Part shown: positions 26,942 to 40,344 of the stretch, piece by piece | Layout of the letters: each line of letters starts with the position of its first letter | How positions within the stretch are numbered: position 1 is the first letter of the stretch | Origin: Octopus sinensis | Lineage: Eukaryota | Length of the DNA: 64,000 bases | NCBI RefSeq assembly: GCF_006345805.1 | Contig: NC_043007.1 | Span: 76,384,001-76,448,000, forward strand | Reading direction: 5' to 3' | Program-made: the position numbers and the translations under genes | The notes under the pieces: model-generated | Databases searched by the model: none | What the model saw: only the letters and a program-made list of their open reading frames with translations | Told to the model about the DNA's origin: nothing

Positions 26942-27351
26942 TTACAGAAAACAAATTTTACTCTCGCGTTACAACAGAAGCCGATCATTTGATCTTGTCC
27001 CCACAAATTCTGTTTGCTCCTAGATAAATTCAAACTATGAAATAGGTCATTTAAATTTCTTTGTGATAGTAATAGAGGAACAAGTAGCCTAGAATGTTGA
27101 ATCAGAGGAGACGAGACTTTTCTATCGCTATAAGCTCCAGCTTCGTTTGATTGCTCAAAATGCTTTAGTACCGGAAGTTTAGCGTTGTTGGGGAATTCAG
27201 TAGATAAGGGTATTTAATTAAACTCTTTATTTTTGAAGTGATCCTTTTTGTACTTACAAAGCAGACACAACGTAGCTGCGTGACCTTAGCTTTACTTCAA
27301 AGTTACTGGAGGAGTAATTAAAAATATTTAAAACTGTTTTGCTACACTCTC

Positions 27352-27566
27352 GCTGCATCGTGATGCAGCACGAAGTTTTGTCAGTGAACAGGTCGCGGTC
27401 TCAAAGCAACGAAAATATTTTGACAAATTAAATTTAAATGTTGAAGTGAATCTAACGGTTTTGTGTGTTTCTTAAATGGCTTATAAACACCTTCCACGCT
27501 GCAATTGTTTTCGTTCCAGCACACGAACTCAGATCAAGTCACTCACTATGCAAGTACATCTCCGTA

Positions 27567-27567
<1 letters not shown>
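27352..27567 (+). mobile_element. Solo 3' pseudo-LTR fragment of the 7416-11381 PLE family, with G3-C8 hammerhead (~27377-27427)
   Basis: Aligns to 11178-11381, ends at the same CATCTCCGTAAT/(TA)n junction; small GCTGCATC/GATGCAGC inversion at the 5' edge. Confidence 0.82.
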
Positions 27568-27618
<51 letters not shown>

Positions 27619-27710
27619 ATATATATAGTTAGACCAAACATGAAAACACAACAACGCGAGGACGTGGAATAAGTATAGTATCATTGGACGCTCAGGAAAG
27701 AAGGAAATAG

Positions 27711-27780
<70 letters not shown>

Positions 27781-27868
27781 ACCAAACATGAAAACACAAC
27801 AACGCGAGGACGTGGAATAAGTATAGTATCATTGGACGCTCAGGAAAGAAGGAAATAGATATATATAC

Positions 27869-27918
<50 letters not shown>

Positions 27919-27940
27919 ATATTATATATATTATATATAT

Positions 27941-27972
<32 letters not shown>

Positions 27973-28464
27973 ATATATATATAACTTTTACATGACGCGT
28001 GGTAGCAGTGACTTGCTAGTCTTTGTCGGACTACCCAACGGAAACGAAGGATAGCTGACTGAAACTTCATAGTTATTATCAATACTATTCTTATAAAAGT
28101 ATATGTACTTTACAGAAAGTATTGAGTAATATTTCAGTTTAGTATAAAATTGTTTTTATTATAACTCGATATAAAAACAAATATTAATGTGTGTAAGAGT
28201 GAAAAATCTTTTATTGTTGTAATCTTAATATGAAATATGTTTTAAATGATTTTTTTATCCAGTGATTCTGCTAAAAGAGAGGAGAAACTAAGCATTGTGT
28301 AAGCAGCATAGGAAAGAGTTGAAGTTATATTTAAATTCAGCAAACAATAGTACATAACGCTTTCGTCACAACGCTTATGCTAAAATTGGTGCCATCCGGT
28401 GTGGTTACTCTAATCGTGACACTTCACGATTATATTGTGAGATTTCGTTCTATTTTTAATCGTC

Positions 28465-28850
28465 CTTACTCTTTTACTTGTTTCATGGACTGCGGCCATG
28501 CTGGAGCATCGCCTTTAGTCGAGGAAATCTACCCCAGGACTTATTCTTTGTAAGCTTAGTACTTATTCTATCGGTCTATTTTGCCGAACCGCTAAGTTAC
28601 CGGGGTCTAAACACACCAGCATCGGTTGTCAAGCGATGTTGAGGAGGCAAACACAGACACACAAACACACACATATCTATCTACATATATACGACGGGCT
28701 TCTTTCAGTTTCCGTCTACCAAATCCACTCACAAGGCTTTCGTCGGCCCGAGACTATAGTAGAAGACACATGCCCAAGGCACCCCGCAGTGAGACTGAAC
28801 CCGGAACCATGTGGTTGGCAAGCAAGGTACTTTCCACACAGCTACTCCTG
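28465..28850 (-). mobile_element. CORE-type SINE
   Basis: Reverse complement of the 22338 family. Confidence 0.85.
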
Positions 28851-28977
28851 TCCTTACACAAGAATGTTCGATATAACTGCGAAACGTTTATCCATATAAC
28901 ACGCACTCACTCACACATACACACACACACAGACGGATACACACACACACATATACATGATACATAGATGCTTATAT

Positions 28978-29096
28978 ATATATATACATATATACATCTA
29001 TATACATATATACATCTATATACATATATACATCTATATACATATATACATCTATATACATATATACATCTATATACATATATACATCTATATACA
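28978..29096. repeat. 18-bp minisatellite (TATACATATATACATCTA)n
   Basis: About 6 tandem copies visible, merging into (TACA)n. Confidence 0.8.
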
Positions 29097-29120
29097 TACA
29101 TACATACATACATACATACA

Positions 29121-29151
<31 letters not shown>

Positions 29152-29456
29152 GTACATATATGTACATATAAAATACGAGTGGACAAATCGACAAACTAAG
29201 GAAAAAGGCACTCAGCACATTTAGTAAGAATTGTAAGAGTTACTTGTATCATTATTTAAAACAGTTTCATTCGGCTTAAAATAGATACTAGGATCGTTTC
29301 ATTCGACTAAAAACATTTTCAAGGCGGTGCTCCAGTATGACCGCAGTCTAATGACTGAAACAAGTAAAAGATAGAAGATAAAAGCTACATACACACATGA
29401 TGTAATCGACTTTCGCCTACCCTAAAATTTCATGCCTTGTGCCTATAGTAGAAAGG

Positions 29457-29515
<59 letters not shown>

Positions 29516-29615
29516 CATTCAGTAGTTTTATTTTTATAGCGTGCTTTCACTTCACTACCGAGCACAGCTCTGTGTGCCTTAGGTATGTGCTGTGGTTTGT
29601 TGTGATGCTCTGATG

Positions 29616-29680
<65 letters not shown>

Positions 29681-29731
29681 CATCATCATCATCATCATCA
29701 TCATTATTATTTATTATCATTATTATTATTA

Positions 29732-29783
<52 letters not shown>

Positions 29784-29788
29784 CATCA

Positions 29789-29841
<53 letters not shown>

Positions 29842-30357
29842 GAGTGAGAGAGCATTGCATGCCATCAAAGTGTCACTGGGGTAAAATATACGAAACCCAG
29901 TATACCAGGCACATGCATCACAACCATATGTGCGCGACATGGTGATCTCATATCAAGATAAACCGCACATGACCTTGCAGGTGGGGCCCAGTTAGAATTT
30001 TCGTCTGGTCGAGTAGCCCATCCCACTCAAAAGGTCTCTGAATAAGGATTGTTTAAGGATGTTGAACGAACCACCCATGTTTCCAAAGGTGAATTAGCCA
30101 AACCTCTAAAAATGCCTTCCAACACACGGCTATGATGCTCCCCCACTACTTGTGCTCGTGATCAGAGCTGCACATATCGTCAACCACTAAGGGACATGCT
30201 CGACTGGTCGAACAACTGACAAGTAAATCTGTGGTATTGAGCAGGATATTTGCTGTAGCCCATCTTTTATACCAAGACAAAACAATGTACATGATAATAC
30301 GTCCAATCAGTTAAGATCAGAAACCATGAGAGCCACTATCTAGTACGGCATCGGGGC

Positions 30358-30360
<3 letters not shown>
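29842..30360. mobile_element. ~520-bp non-coding interspersed repeat embedded in (ATT)n
   Basis: Homologous copies at 37293-37995 (internally duplicated) and 63408-63870, all bounded by (ATT)n/(ACT)n. Confidence 0.8.
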
Positions 30361-30418
<58 letters not shown>

Positions 30419-30425
30419 ATTATTA

Positions 30426-30470
<45 letters not shown>

Positions 30471-30490
30471 TTATTATTATCGCCATCACA

Positions 30491-30528
<38 letters not shown>

Positions 30529-31010
30529 TATTTTAAAATTATTTGCATCTCACCTTTATGATAGTATTTAGGCGGGTTTACTGTTGGATTCAAGTTACCA
30601 CCTGTGACCTCACTCCTCAAAGAACTTTTGAATGATCTTCGCCGCTCCTAACAAAGAAGCCAGTTACATGTACTTCATGCGCTTTTGCAAGCTAATCTTC
30701 TCTGTTCACTCTTTGAGCCTCTTTTTCGTCGTACCTAAGGTCCCAATGAAAATTGGTACACCCTCACTTTTCCTGTAACCCCACAATCTTCTTACCTCTA
30801 TGTTCAGGATCTGGTATATATATCTACCTTGTTGATTTCTTTTTCGGTTATTCTTGTATCATTATTCTTTCAATGGCCAGATCACATCAGTTATGTTGCA
30901 AGTCCGTTCCCGCTTCTCAAAGACCAAGATATCTGGTTTGTTATGCTCTACGAAATGATACGTTTGAGTAAGAAAGTCCCAAAGAAATGTAAACTCATCA
31001 TTCTCATTCT

Positions 31011-31106
<96 letters not shown>

Positions 31107-31837
31107 TAAAGCCGTTTGATTCGGGTCAATGCAACTTAAAGTTTCCTAGGCTCCTCACAGAAACCTAGCGTATCGGACTCAGACGTCCGAATGGAGATAT
31201 GTAGGACTCTCTAATCAAACCGTCTTAAATAATAATATATGTAACTCCTACAAAATTTTCTGAGTGCCTCTTTCCTTCAATATATCCACTTACCCGTATT
31301 TGCAGTAACGTACAAATATTGGCGGAATGGACATACTGTCCTGTTTCGCTCTTGCAGTGCGGGTTGCAATTAATTCTCCGGCGGCGTTTATGTTCGTAAC
31401 GCTGTTAAGTTCGCTGGATTAAATGGTAATACTCAGGTGTCGAAACCATACTGATATCCATTTGGCAGCTGATGATGGAAATACATATTTTATGTACTTC
31501 TTTGTTGATTTTCATATCTCAGTATCATTATTCTGAATGCTCCATTTTCGTAAAGTGGAAAGTGTTTAAGGAATCATAACCTTATATTTCAACATACCAA
31601 AAGTTTAGAAGAAATGTGCTTACGTTCTTACTTTTCTCTCACAGATAGATATTTTAATATTTAAATTCATTTAGGTCCTTCTCTTGTAACAAGCAGATAG
31701 TGGAGTAACGGATATGCTATGTTAACATTTCACTCCTGCTGATTACTATTGATCCCCAGGCAACGTTTACGTGTGTGAGTGTGTGCGTGTGTATGTGTGT
31801 GTACATACATATATACATACATACATACATACATACA

Positions 31838-31869
<32 letters not shown>

Positions 31870-31945
31870 CATACATGATACAGACGCCATGATAGATCGT
31901 TAGCCACTACACTCATTTCTTTCTCTCCTTGTTTTTTCTGTGTCC

Positions 31946-31981
31946 CTTTCTGTAGAAGAGCGTAGGCTCGAAATGTAAAAG
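31946..31981 (+). ncRNA. Minimal hammerhead motif, A6U variant (in ~190-bp repeat 31890-32080)
   Basis: CTTT-CTGTAGA-A-GAGC GTAG GCTC-GAAA-TG-TA-AAAG. Confidence 0.55.
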
Positions 31982-32691
31982 ACTTTTTCTATTCCTGAGC
32001 GTTATACTCTAATACATCTGTTTGTTTTGTACGCCACCAGTCTTCGTCTTTTGTTGTTGTTTTTTTCGTAAACTCTCCCTACATACATACATACATACAT
32101 ACATACATACATACATACATACATACATACAAATATTTCGATGTTTCTCAAACGGTGCACCGTGGATTTTTCAGTCATTTTTTACAGAATCCACACTAAT
32201 TCTTAAACCACTAAAACTACAGAGTAAAGGTTATTTGCCAACATAACACGGCAGTCCTGGTTTAGGACGAATATTGCTGTAATTTAGCCACATCGTCTCC
32301 ATCTGGCTATACGACAGGATCTTTGTCCTTATATTTTCGAACAAGGGTCTTCAGCACCACCACTCAGCGCAAAACAATATGTCTCTTAAAACTATGTTTT
32401 GACACTCAAGCAAGATTAATAAAAGAAAATAAGTGACATGTTCCTTTATTCTTTATTTTAAACTTTAAATCAATTTTCGTAAAACTTTCTATCACACAGT
32501 CCACCAATATTATATATAATGGTCACAGAAGTCCACATGCAGCCGTCGACTTTTTCTATCGAAAGAGGATTTTAACCCAATATTTAAACACTATTGTTTA
32601 TATCTTTCCAACTTCGAGTTGAACCGTTGAAAGAAAAGCAAATCATTTCATATTCTCCGAAGTTTCTATATGTTTATGCCGTCAACAACAC

Positions 32692-32724
<33 letters not shown>

Positions 32725-32841
32725 ATATATATATTATATATATATATATTTAATATAGGATTAGCTCGTATACGAGTAGGTATATATTTGTAAAAAATGA
32801 AGTTCGAAAATGCTGCTATATTATACAATTTTTAATTTTTA

Positions 32842-32900
32842 TATATACATTATAACATGTTTCAGTTCCTGAAATGAACCTTATCAAAAAAAAGTATATA
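32842..32900 (-). ncRNA. Type I hammerhead motif, U3-A8 core variant
   Basis: TTGATAA-GGTTC atttcag GAACT-GAAA-CATG-TT; palindromic ACATGT stem III; stem I imperfect. Confidence 0.55.
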
Positions 32901-33260
32901 TAAAAAAAGACAGCTCATGCCGTCAAACACAAGAAATTCATTTATAATAACAACGGAGTCAGACATCTTAGAGTTCATGTATAGTTGATATATAGTTTGA
33001 AGTAAGTTCATTCATGCTATATGTTCAAAGTGTTCGATGCAGTGGCCCACGGTGGCGATACGTATTCAATACAACAAAAACAGATCAAAGTGGTGGAAAG
33101 CAGTCAATATAGAAGATTGATGTTTCCGAAAGAGTGAGGAATTCATTTTTACCTTAAGCAATTGTGATGACCCATGGTGGGTGTTCGCTGGGTGGTTCTA
33201 GTGAGTCTTGTGAGTTGCTCGGTTTTATAATGCCTGTTAGGTGGTCAGTCCAGCGTAGCG

Positions 33261-33603
33261 TGACGTCATCAACGTTTTGACCAATCGTTTCGTTAGGTGG
33301 CTTTAGTCAAGCAGAACGGGACGTCATCATCATTTTGACCAATCGCTGTATTATAACTGCTTCTTGTCCGTTTCCTGTTTTGACCAGTCGCTTCGTTAGG
33401 TGGCTTAGTCAAGCAGAACGGGACGTCATCCAGATTCTGCCCAATCACGACTTATAGCTACATTAGATCTGCCCCCTGTCTGTACTTGTTAGGTGACTAG
33501 TCAAGCAGAAAAAGGACGTCATCAATATTCTGACTAATGACTATCCCCTGTTTGTATCCTGTCCATTCTAGTAGAACTAGACGTCATCAACGTGTTGACC
33601 AAT
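33261..33603 (+). promoter_or_regulatory. Five CRE/ATF + CCAAT composite modules in the PLE pseudo-LTR
   Basis: GACGTCATC at 33262, 33320, 33422, 33515, 33580; CCAAT (CTAAT once) starts exactly 19 bp later each time. Confidence 0.6.
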
Positions 33604-34007
33604 CAGAATCGGGTCTGACCCTTAGCTGTATCGTATGTATCAGGGTCAGATTTGCACGAAAGAATTTTTTTTTCCCTTTTTTACTAAGGCATATTTCCGT
33701 CAGTGCGAGTGTCTGTTTAAGGTAGCGGCCGTGGTGGAATTTTGCTTCTCCTTTTCGGAGGACTTATTTTTTGTTTTAGTATTCCTGGCCCAGGGTGTTT
33801 AAACTTGGTCTAAATTTTTTTATGAAATATAGTTCTTTATTTTGGCGTTGTGTGAAGGTTGCGTTGTCACTGAATTTATAGAGCGGGTTAGATGTAAATT
33901 TCGGATTTACATTTCCAGCACATCTATCTATGTGTCCGCTGACCGGTATTTTGCGGTAATCAGGGTTTCTAATTTGTGATTTATGCACCGCCATCCTGCT
34001 ACGTAAG

Positions 34008-34067
<60 letters not shown>

Positions 34068-34082
34068 TATATATATATATAA

Positions 34083-34491
<409 letters not shown>

Positions 34492-34498
34492 ATATATA

Positions 34499-34652
34499 GG
34501 CGCAGGAGTGGCTGTGTGGTATTTAGCTTGCTTACCAACCACATGGTTTCGGGTTCAGTGCCAATACTGTAGCCTCGAGCCGACCAAAGCCTTGTGAGTC
34601 GATTTGGTCGGCGGAAATTGAAAGAAGCTCGTCGTATGTGTGTGTGGTGTGC

Positions 34653-34683
<31 letters not shown>

Positions 34684-34857
34684 GACATCGCTTGACAACC
34701 GATGCCGGTATCTTTACGTCCTCGTAACTTAGCGTTTCGGCAAAAGAGTCCAATACAATAAGTACAAGGCTTACAAAGAATAAGTCCTCCGCGACTAAAG
34801 GCGGTACTCCAGCATGGCCGCAGTCAAATGACTGAAACAAGTAAAAGAATGAAAGAA
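34499..34857 (+). mobile_element. CORE-type SINE
   Basis: Same family as 22338. Confidence 0.85.
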
Positions 34858-35075
34858 TATATATATATATTTGGCCTCCAGTGTACCATGAAGTCAATAA
34901 GACCATAAATCGTCTATCTACGAATTTCTTTGCAGCTGGAATTCGCATTAATTTAAAATTGATTAATGTAAAAAACCCGATGTCGCTGAAAACAAGTTGA
35001 TACCAGTTTGAAGTTTTAATTTCATTTACGTCAAAGCTAACCACAAACATGTAATACACGCAGACGTACACACAC

Positions 35076-35124
<49 letters not shown>

Positions 35125-35199
35125 TATACATCAATTAGTATATTTATAGTTTGTATAATAGTTTAAATTGTACTTTAAATAAATAAATGAATAAATAAA

Positions 35200-35535
35200 A
35201 GAAATTGGTGATGGCGGCTGAGGCGGCGGCGGCGGCGACAGCAGCGAGTTTGACTTTGCAGAGGTGACATCTGAGGGTGGGGTCGACTGGTGGCTGCGGC
35301 GTAGCACGACAATGTTCCCCCGACAAAACCCACATACGAAGCCTTGAAGACTTTTCTGAGCTCGAGTCAGGCCGGAGCAGGATCTGTGGAAGGAGCGACT
35401 GCATGTTGTAAAGACGATCGGAACAAAGTCGCAGCGGATTGATTTGCCACAACCGGAACACGAAGGACCAGGGTTCAACTCGATGTCGCCCGCAAGGATG
35501 AAAAGAACTCGGAGATACATGATTTTTGCAACTCC
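35200..35535 (-). pseudogene. Inverted LINE N-terminus: 2A-like peptide + degenerate PHD finger
   Basis: MYLRVLFILAGDIELNPGP (DIELNPGP at 35464-35487), then CSGC..(F)TTC..FHRSC..CGFC. Confidence 0.8.
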
Positions 35536-35539
35536 GGTC

Positions 35540-36803
35540 GTCAGCATAGAGAGCGCGGAATCAAAGTGGAAACCGATAATCAACATCAACGGAGCACTCC
35601 TAGCCCACAATCCCAATCCTAAATTCCTTGGGGTCATCTACAACCGACAACTCACCTTCGGCGAGCATGTTATTTAAAATTGTCGTACGAAATAATCTGC
35701 GAAATAATCTGCTCCGTGCCCTATCCAGCACCAACTGGGGATGGAATAAGGCAGATTTCCGTCAGGTCTACATTGCGACTCAACGTAGCCTAGCAGAATA
35801 TGCAGCGCCAGCCTGGACTCCCTGGTTGTCAGCCACAAACATCGGCAAACTCGAGAGAACGCGACTAGAGGCAGCTAGACTGATCACCAAACAAATACGC
35901 ACGACTCCTACCGAAGCGGTCCTTGCGGAAGCCCAATTATCAACACTTCCATCTCACTTTTCTACCTTTTCACTCCTCAAAGCATGGGCAAACCTACTTC
36001 AAGACGATGAGCGTTATAAAGTTCTGAACACCTACACCCACAAACGACTCAAGCGAACATACTGGAGAAGTCAACAGCTCCCAGCCTTAGCACGACTGAA
36101 CACTGTCCCCCTCGTTCCCCCTCTCCAACGTACGCCATGGAAAAATCCCCCTTCCCTTACTGCCGTCTACACTCCCACCATGAAGCAGATGCCCGTCGAT
36201 GTATAACTGCTGGCAACTCAACAAACACTTGCCAGCCTACCCGATTCCCCTGACGTACCACTTTACACTGATGGCTCGACTAGTGAAGGCACAACCAATG
36301 GCGGCGCCGGTGTGGTGGTGCTGATATACGATGCGGTGGTCCACGAATGGCACGGCCCTACTGTTGATCACAGCAGCTCATTCCACTCCGAGAGAGCAGC
36401 ATTTAACGAAGCCCTCCGGTGGCTAAAGGCCAATGACAACTGGGCCTCCGCAGCTATAGTCTGCGATTGTAAATTATTGGTTGAAGCGTTAGACAACCCG
36501 TTCCCTCCAGACCCGACAATTAAAGAATTGCAACAAACAGCAGCCCTAGTAACAGCTGGCAAGATTTTGACGGTGATCTGGGTGCCTGGCCATTGTAACC
36601 TCCGCGGCAATGAACTCGTAGATATGCAGGCGAAACGTGTCTCGGCGCTCTCACAGCCGGATGCCGCCATCGATACAGTCATTCCTCGGGCGGTTATTCG
36701 TGGAACGTTCCAGCCAACGCCAATTCAACACTTCCATCTGCAGGAAGTCTTCATGAAGAAGCCGGATGAAAGAACCGAAGCAACCCTCTCTGAGGCAGAC
36801 TTC
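35540..36803 (+). mobile_element. ingi/I-group LINE 3' part: RT C-terminus + RNase H, disrupted
   Basis: PKFLGVIYNRQLTFGEHV, LRALSSTNWGW, EYAAPAW, YTDGS, SSSFHSE, IVCDC, WVPGHCNLRGNELVD. Confidence 0.88.
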
Positions 36804-36985
36804 ACGGGCAATGTGCTTAGCGGCGTTTCGTCTGTCCTTATGTTCTGAGTTCAAATTTCGCTGAGGTCGACTTTGCCTTTGCCTTCTGGGCTCGATAAAA
36901 TCAGTATCATTTGAACACTGGAGTCGATGTTATCGACTCACTCCCTTCCCCAAAATCACTGGCCTTGTGCCAAAATTTGAGACCA

Positions 36986-37034
<49 letters not shown>

Positions 37035-37260
37035 ATTATTATTATTATTATCATTATTATCATTATTATTATTATTATGGCACGAGCTTAATAATAGCAT
37101 GCCGGACAAAATGCTTAGCGGAGTTCGTCCGTGTGCATAATTTAAGTTAAAATTCCTTTCGGGGTCGAAAAATTAAGTACCAGTTGAGTATCGGGGTCGG
37201 TGCAATCGACTATTCCCCTCCCCAAAATTTCAGGCCTTGTGCATATAGTAGAAAGGATTA
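36804..37260 (+). mobile_element. Two Nin-domain SINE fragments separated by (ATT)n
   Basis: GTTCTGAGTTCAAATTTCGCTGAGGTCGACTTTGCC and CCTTTCGGGGTCGAAAAATTAAGTACCAG; further copies at 38008-38220 and 46908-47117. Confidence 0.75.
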
Positions 37261-37261
37261 T

Positions 37262-37292
<31 letters not shown>

Positions 37293-37995
37293 GAATGAGA
37301 GAGCAAAGTGACACTTGGGTAAAATAAACGAAGCGCCGTATACCCATCATGACTACCCATCTGATAAAGGTACACCAGTCACATGCATCACAACCATATG
37401 TGCGTGACATGGTGGTCTCATATCAAGATAAACAGCGCATGACCTTGCAGGTGGGACCCAGTTAGAATTTTCTTCAAGTCGAGTAGCCCATCCCGCCGAA
37501 AATGTTCCTGAATAAGGATTGTTTAAGGATGTTGAACGAACCACCCATGTTTCCAAAGGTGAATTATCCAAACGTCTAAGAATTCCTCTCAACACTTGGC
37601 TATTATGTACAAATATACGGAGCATATGTGCGCGACGTGGTGATCTCATATCAAGATAAACAGCACATGACCCTGCAGGTGGGGCCCAGTTAGAATTTTC
37701 TTCTGGTCCAGTAACCCATCCCAGTCAAAAGGTCCCTGAATAAGAGTTATTTAAGGATGTTGAATGAAACACCCATGTTTCCAGAGGTGAATTATTTAAA
37801 CCCCAATGCATTTTTCTCAACATATATCTATGATGGTCACCCACTACTTCTGCTCATGATCAGAGATGGACATATCGACAGCGACTTTGGGACATGGTCA
37901 ACTGATTATAGTCATACAACAGACAAGCAAATCTGTGGCATTGAGCAAAATATTTGCTGTAACCCATCTTTTACACCAAGACATAGCACGTACAT
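37293..37995. mobile_element. (ATT)n-embedded repeat family copy with internal tandem duplication
   Basis: CATATGTGCG..GGTGATCTCATATCAAGATAAACAGC block at ~37395 and again at ~37624. Confidence 0.75.
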
Positions 37996-38547
37996 TATTA
38001 TTATTATCAAGGCGATGAACTGGCAGAATCGTTACCGCACCAGACAAAAGGGTCAGCAGTATTTCTTGCGGTTCATTACGTTCTGAGTTCAAATTTCGCT
38101 GAGGTCGATTTTGCCTTTCATACCTTTCGGTGCCGATATAAATAAGTACCAGTTGAGCATTGGAGCCGATATAATTGACTTGCCCTCTGAAATTGCTGGC
38201 ATTGTGCCAAAATTTGGAATCATTATTATTTTTGTAGCTGTTGTTGTTAACGTTGTTGTTGTTGTTGCTGTTGCTGTTGTTGTTGTTGTTGTTCATATAC
38301 TCACTGAGATGCCAACCTTTTTTCAATAGGAACATATCAATTACTTTTCTTCCGGCTGTAATACATACGGCGAAACAGGATGGGCCATTGAGTGTATATG
38401 CGTTATACATACATAGATAAATATACACACGCATACATATTCATATATGTGTGTGTGTGTGTGTGTGTGTATGTATATGTGTGTATGTATATACATATAT
38501 ATATATACTTTTTTTCATTATTATTAAAACTGCAAAACATCACAAAA

Positions 38548-38589
38548 AACTGCTACTCAGAGTTTCACGTTCCCGTTCGTAGGGCAGTT
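38548..38589 (-). ncRNA. Degenerate type I hammerhead motif inside a short fold-back repeat (~38505-38720)
   Basis: AACTGC-CCTACGA-ACG GGAA CGT-GAAA-CTC T GAG-TA-GCAGTT; all stems perfect, core positions 4-5 altered. Confidence 0.55.
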
Positions 38590-38923
38590 CTATTAAGAAT
38601 TGAATAATCATTTTTTTTTTGTGATGTTTTTGCAGCGTTAATATTAAGAAAAAAAGCATATTACTCTTCCTCCGATATTCGAGTACTATTTTTTCCACCT
38701 TGTTTCGCATTTATGTGCTTACTCGTGCGTGTATATATATAAGCGCAGGTGTGGCTGTGTGTGATTATATATATATAATTATATTATAGATATATATATA
38801 TATATGTTCTATATATATATATATATATATAAGCGCAGGTGTGGCTGTGTGTGATTATATATATATAATTATATTATAGATATATATATATATATGTTCT
38901 ATATATATATATATATATATAAT

Positions 38924-38953
<30 letters not shown>

Positions 38954-38954
<1 letters not shown>

Positions 38955-40235
38955 GAGGGGCGTTCAATAAGTAATGCTCCTGGCCCACTTCCCATAGCAG
39001 TAGAGCAACGAAACTTGGCACAGTTATTAGTCTTTTTCTACATAGGAACCACCCAGAGTTACGCATTTCTTCCATCGTTTGATGCAGCTCTGCAGACCAT
39101 TTTTGTAGAAGACCCCAGCTTGGTCCTCCAACCACGACGTGGACTTCAGAAATCAAGGCTGCATCATCTGGGAAACGCTTTCCTTTCAAAACAACTTCAT
39201 GGCTGGGAAGAGGTGAAAATCAGAGGGTGCCAGGTCAGGAGAGTAGGGGGAATGGGGGATGAGTTCATGCGGCACGCCTGTGCTTCTGATCTGGCGACAC
39301 ACGATTTGTGGATCGGAGCGTTGTCCTGCGGAGGAGATGCCTTTGCTGATCTTGCCCCGCCTCTTGATTTTGATAGCTTCTCTTAATTTCCTCAAAAGTG
39401 AAACATAATAGACTCCTGTAATTGTGACACCCTTTGCCAGGAAATCTGTCATCACTGGTCCTGGTCCCAGAAGACTGTGAGCCTGACCTTGTCAGCGGAG
39501 GGCTGCACCCTTGCCTTCTTTGGAGGAGGTGAGTCACGGTGCTTCCACTGCATTGACTGGGCTTTGGACTCTGGATCATAGTGATGAACCCAGGTTTCAT
39601 CCTGTGTAATCAGTCTTTTCAAAAATTTTGACTCATCTTCTTGGCACATCTCCAAATTCATCCTCGAGCAATCGACACGTTCTTGCTTCTGGAAAGGTGT
39701 GAGCAACTTGGGAATCCATCTGGCAGACACCTTTTTCATATGCAAATGGTCATGAATGATAGTTTCCACCGACCCGGTACTAATCTTGACCTCCTGGGCT
39801 ATTTGGCGAATAGTTATGCGTCGATCTTCCAAAATGGCAGCCTCAACTTGACGGACAGATGCCTCATCAATGGCAGAAGGGGGCGACCAGATATGGGAGC
39901 TGTTCCACAGAGTTCCGACCATTTTGAATTCACGATGCCAGCGTTTTACAAGGTCATATGATGGGGCATCATCACCATAAGGTTACTTTCATTTCATAAA
40001 GTCTCCCGTGGTGTGCGTCCTTTCAAATACAAAAACCGGATCACTGCTCGACACTCAACAGGCTCCATTTCACACTTGACTCAGTTCAAACACCTGTAAA
40101 TCAGAAACCACAAATAGTTCAGAGGTGTAATTTGCTACTTAATCTATAGAGATATAAATAATTGCACATGCAAAATTTCAGCTAGATCAAACAACTGCAA
40201 GTGGGTCAGAGGCATTACTTATTGAACGCCCCTCG
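38954..40235 (-). mobile_element. Mariner (DD34D), second copy of the 14950 family, multiply frameshifted
   Basis: Same TIRs with TA flanks; ORF pieces RWIPKLL, ITQDETW, YSPDLAPSDFHLF. Confidence 0.95.
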
Positions 40236-40313
40236 TATATATAAACTTACACACACACACACAAACACACAAATATATGAATGTATGTATGTATGTGTAT
40301 ATATATGCGTATA

Positions 40314-40344
<31 letters not shown>

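Larger units (their letters stand above)
32750..34010 (-). mobile_element. 5'-truncated PLE: GIY-YIG C-terminus (33776-34010) plus 3' pseudo-LTR, between (TA)n tracts
   Basis: LRSRMAVHKSQIRNPDYR..VSGHIDRC...KELYFIKKFRPSLN; hammerhead motif near the 3' end. Confidence 0.8.

Noticed and set aside
30540-30960. Possible CR1/L2 RT C-terminal fragment (QWPDHISYVAS)
   Set aside because: Single short motif, too degraded to support
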